Below, piece by piece: positions 60,364 to 64,000 of a stretch of DNA of 64,000 bases; position 1 is the stretch's first letter, and the number at the start of each line of letters is the position of its first letter. Location of the stretch: the NCBI GenBank assembly GCA_032718475.1, contig JAUCBJ010001936.1, positions 1-64,000 on the forward strand. The letters run 5' to 3'. The translations under genes were made by a program, and so were the position numbers. Source of the DNA: Nemertoderma westbladi (Eukaryota > Animalia > Xenacoelomorpha). Below the pieces are notes generated by a model. It did no database searches, was not told where the DNA came from, and saw only the letters and a program-made list of their open reading frames with translations.

Positions 60364-61822
60364 TGTCTCGGTTACAATTGCTAATTAATGAAAGTTCATA
60401 AGTTCAGCCATATCTAATATATACAGTAGTATACCTGTACTGTAGTAGTACTACAGCTTACCTACTGTATATGTTAAATAGCTACAATACTGTATATGTG
60501 CTACGGTCTACTTTACACATAGGCATGTAGTTTTAATACACAATATTACATAGGAACTGGGGCGTAGGAACTCGGAGGTGGGTGGGGGTATGGATTTGGA
60601 AAGTGGAATTTACCACAGAAAGTCTGGTATACTTCACATGGGTTAAAAGGAGTTATAACATATCGACCTGTCTTAGGCTCCCTGATACCTGTCTACTAAT
60701 GGGGAAAAAACGTTCACTTTCCGCCCTAGAATGATATAATATTGATCGAACTACTGTATACTATAGCCTATATCACATATTTAATACGCCGAGAATTAAT
60801 AGGCCTAGAATTTATTTTAAGTCCTAGAACAGTCTAGCCAGCTACTGTAGCAGCTACAATTACAGTATATAAGGTCCGGGGCCGCCCTCCAAAGATAGCC
60901 TGGTTAAATTATTTTACAAGAGTAATTATACAATATAGATGTACAACATACAGCATACAAGATACAGTACAATATAGAATGTAAAAATACAGTATAGTAT
61001 TTAAAAGTCAATTATACTTTAAAAACGTAATGTAAATACTGTACAGTATTCTTACCCTTTTTAAATCCGTTATCTACATTAATTCTAATAATTCCCCAAA
61101 TTTGCGGTGAGCCATTGAATAATGTTATTGAATATCTTTACGAAAATTGAGTGACAACTTTTAGTTGAAATGAATTTGGTTTACATACTCACACACAATT
61201 CACAATAATGGTGCCTTCAAACGTTTTTAAAATGATTTTGAGAAAAATTGTTCTGCGTCCAATTGCACATGAAAAAGGCCTTAAAATTGCCTTTGAAAAA
61301 ACCTTGTGCCCCACCACTTTTCATATCGTTCCTACGCCCAAGTTACATAACAATGAAATCCTACATACTCTGTTATGCTGCAATGTAGATAAAAAATAAG
61401 AAATTCAACTGAACAAAATACTGAAGAAAATTGCAACAATGACCAAGAATTGATTGTTGCATTTCTACATAAGTAGGCCTACATTATTATTGTACTCTTA
61501 TTATCCATCAGCTGAATCACACTATCCACTATACACTGTCCACTCAATGTATCAACTCTCATTATTTAACAAAATACATAGAAAAATTGCAATAAAACAC
61601 CGTGATAAATGGAAAATTAGTGCAAATATAATTGAACTCTAACACAACAGCTGTAGTAAGAAAGAGATCACATTAGTTCCTACAATCGCAGTATATTTAT
61701 TATCTATTATTCTATTTCCCCATTTGATCCACCTTTACGATGTTACTAAACGTTTAACAAAGTTCAGCCATTGTCCTCTGACTCATTGGCCCATAATTCC
61801 TCTTCTATCAAACAGGCAGTCT

Positions 61823-62195
61823 TACCCAGGTAACACAGAAACGTTGCATCAACGTTGACTGTTAGTTATCATTGTAACAATGTAACGTTGCAGTTAGACG
61901 TTGAATCAACGTTGAATAAGTGGTTGTTTGGTCATTGAAGTTACGTTGTTCAACGGTATATTCCTAACTATATTGCAATGTTGCATCAACGTTGACTGTT
62001 AGTTATCATTGTAACAATGTAACGTTGCAGTTAGACGTTGAATCAACGTTGAATAAGTGGTTGTTTGCTCATTGAAGTTACGTTGTTTAACGGTATATTC
62101 CTAACTATATTGCAATGTTGCATCAACGATGAACGTTCGTTGCCATTGTAACAACATTTGGTTAAATTACAACCTTTAATCAACGTTGAATTAAT
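61823..62195. repeat. 137-bp tandem repeat rich in AACGTT palindromes, probably one arm of a MITE
   Basis: TTGCATCAACG recurs at 61844, 61981 and 62118. The block opens with TACCCAGGTAACAC; no matching second terminus was found. Confidence 0.7.
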
Positions 62196-62644
62196 TGTTG
62201 TTTGGTTTGCACAAACTTTATTTCATATAAGACCAATTTGCACAGATCACTTTTCACTTGCGGTCAAAATGCACCACAATCCGGAATCTGGGTTTCATCA
62301 GCGATCAATAATTTGTAGTTCCCCCTACCGTAGTTACTTTGTAAGAACATTAAAAAACATTTGATTGCAAATAATACGTAATTATATTATTCAATTAGAA
62401 GATAATAGTTGCAAATGTACATACATAATATTCTGACTATGTTACATAAGCAATGACAAACATTAAGCATTTAAATTAAAAAGAGGTAATTTAATTTAAT
62501 GGGGCGGTACACCACCTGGTGTCAAAAAATTGAAAAAATTTTTTTTTGCCGAATATTGTGTGAAATTTTATGTAGATTCCGAATCTGAAATCGGTTTTGT
62601 CATATCTCGATTGGATCTCGAGTTATACGTCTTTAACTGAGACC

Positions 62645-63692
62645 ATGTTGACGGACAGACTGACAGACAGACCGACAGACAGTCTGGATAGGGTCAAAAG
62701 TGAAAACTGACAGCGGAAATGAAATCCTTGACCAGGAAAACCCCAATAGAGAGAATTTTAATTAGCTAATGTGATTCCTTATACTTTTGACGGACAGACT
62801 GACAGACAGACCGACAGACCGACAGACAGTCTGGATAGGGTCAAAAGTGAAAACTGACAGCGGAAATGAAATCCTTGACCAGGAAAACCCCCATAGAGAG
62901 AATTTTAATTAGCTAATGGGATTCCTTATACTTTTGACGGACAGACTGACAGACAGACCGACAGACCGACAGACAGTCTGGATAGGGTCAAAAGTGAAAA
63001 CTGACAGCGGAAATGAAATCCTTGACCAGGAAAACCCCCATAGAGAGAATTTTAATTAGCTAATGTGATTCCTTATATTTTCGACGGACAGACTGACAGA
63101 CAGACAGACCAACAGACCGACAGACGGTCTGGATAGGGTCAAAAGTGAAAACTGACAGCGGAAATGAAATCCTTGACCAGGAAAACCCCCATAGAGAGAA
63201 TTTTAATTAGCTAATGTGATTCCTTATACTTTTGACGGACAGACTGACAGACAGACCGACAGACAGTCTGGATAAGGTCAAAAGTGAAAACTGACAGCGG
63301 AAATGAAATCCTTGACCAGGAAAACCCCCATAGAGAGAATTTTAATTAGCTAATGTGATTCCTTATATTTTCGACGGACAGACTGACAGACAGACAGACC
63401 AACAGACCAACAGACAGTCTGCATAGGGTCAAAAGTGAAAACTGACAGCGGAAATGAAATCCTTGTCCAGGAAAACCCCCATAGCGAGAATTTTAATTAG
63501 CTTATGTGATTCCTTATACTTTTGACGGACAGACTGAAAGACAGACAGACCAACAGACCGACAGACAGTCTGGATAGGGTCAAAAGTGAAAACAGACAGC
63601 GGAAATGAAATCCTTGACCAGGAAAACCCCCATAGAGAAAATATTAATTAGCTGATGTGATTCCTTTTATTTTTGACGGACAGACAGACCGA
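62645..63692. repeat. 139-151-bp tandem array with an embedded (GACA)n microsatellite; 7 units plus a partial
   Basis: GACGGACAG starts at 62650, 62789, 62936, 63083, 63234, 63373, 63524 and 63675; unit lengths differ in 4-bp steps. Confidence 0.95.
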
Positions 63693-64000
63693 CTTGTGAA
63701 TGTACAGTACTGTAGTTTGAAGATGCTAAATAAAGTATGTATATATAGGCTTTTAGTTAGAACTACTTCAGTCCAAATGTTTCACTATTGTGCTACCTAC
63801 CGGTATCTGTTATTAACCCTTTCGGTATCATGGCACACACGTCTGTTCCATGGGTATTGCGCCATGACACACACGTCTGTTCCATGACATTTATTCGATT
63901 TCTAAGAAGGGAAAATGTTGCTGGACTCTTAACTACATGCTTCTATATGTTAGCGGCGCATTTCAGCTTGTATCTACTGTAATTTAACTACGGTCGGCCT

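Noticed and set aside
60614-60692. Possible 79-nt minus-strand exon TGIREPKTGRYVITPFNPCEVYQTFC with a faint fibrinogen/COLFI-like G.Y.I.P...FC pattern
   Set aside because: Splice sites are plausible, but the peptide is too short and no partner exons in the right order were found.

Overview
AT-rich eukaryotic genomic DNA with GT-AG introns, most likely from an invertebrate animal (taxon not determinable here). The main gene is a complete six-exon mitochondrial citrate carrier (SLC25A1-like, 318 aa, minus strand, 57378 to 27986) largely buried in repeats. Intron 3 (16.8 kb) is a 63-bp satellite split by an intact Ty1/Copia element with identical 254-bp LTRs. Intron 4 holds a tRNA-derived SINE whose interior has expanded into a 36-bp minisatellite. 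Intron 5 holds a CRE-like retrotransposon remnant. A 13-kb, indel-free 39-bp satellite starts about 60 bp past the stop codon. The left part has a single-exon 1641-aa acidic protein ending in a RAD51AP1/2-like motif, a nuclear-receptor terminal exon missed by the ORF track, three RTE LINE remnants, MITEs, and a palindromic element built from two divergent tRNA-like heads. The right end has a 421-aa coiled-coil ORF and small tandem arrays. The giant repetitive ORFs (4330, 1559, 456 and 378 aa) are by-products of satellites whose unit lengths are multiples of 3. All family assignments come from motif recognition by eye; no database search was run.
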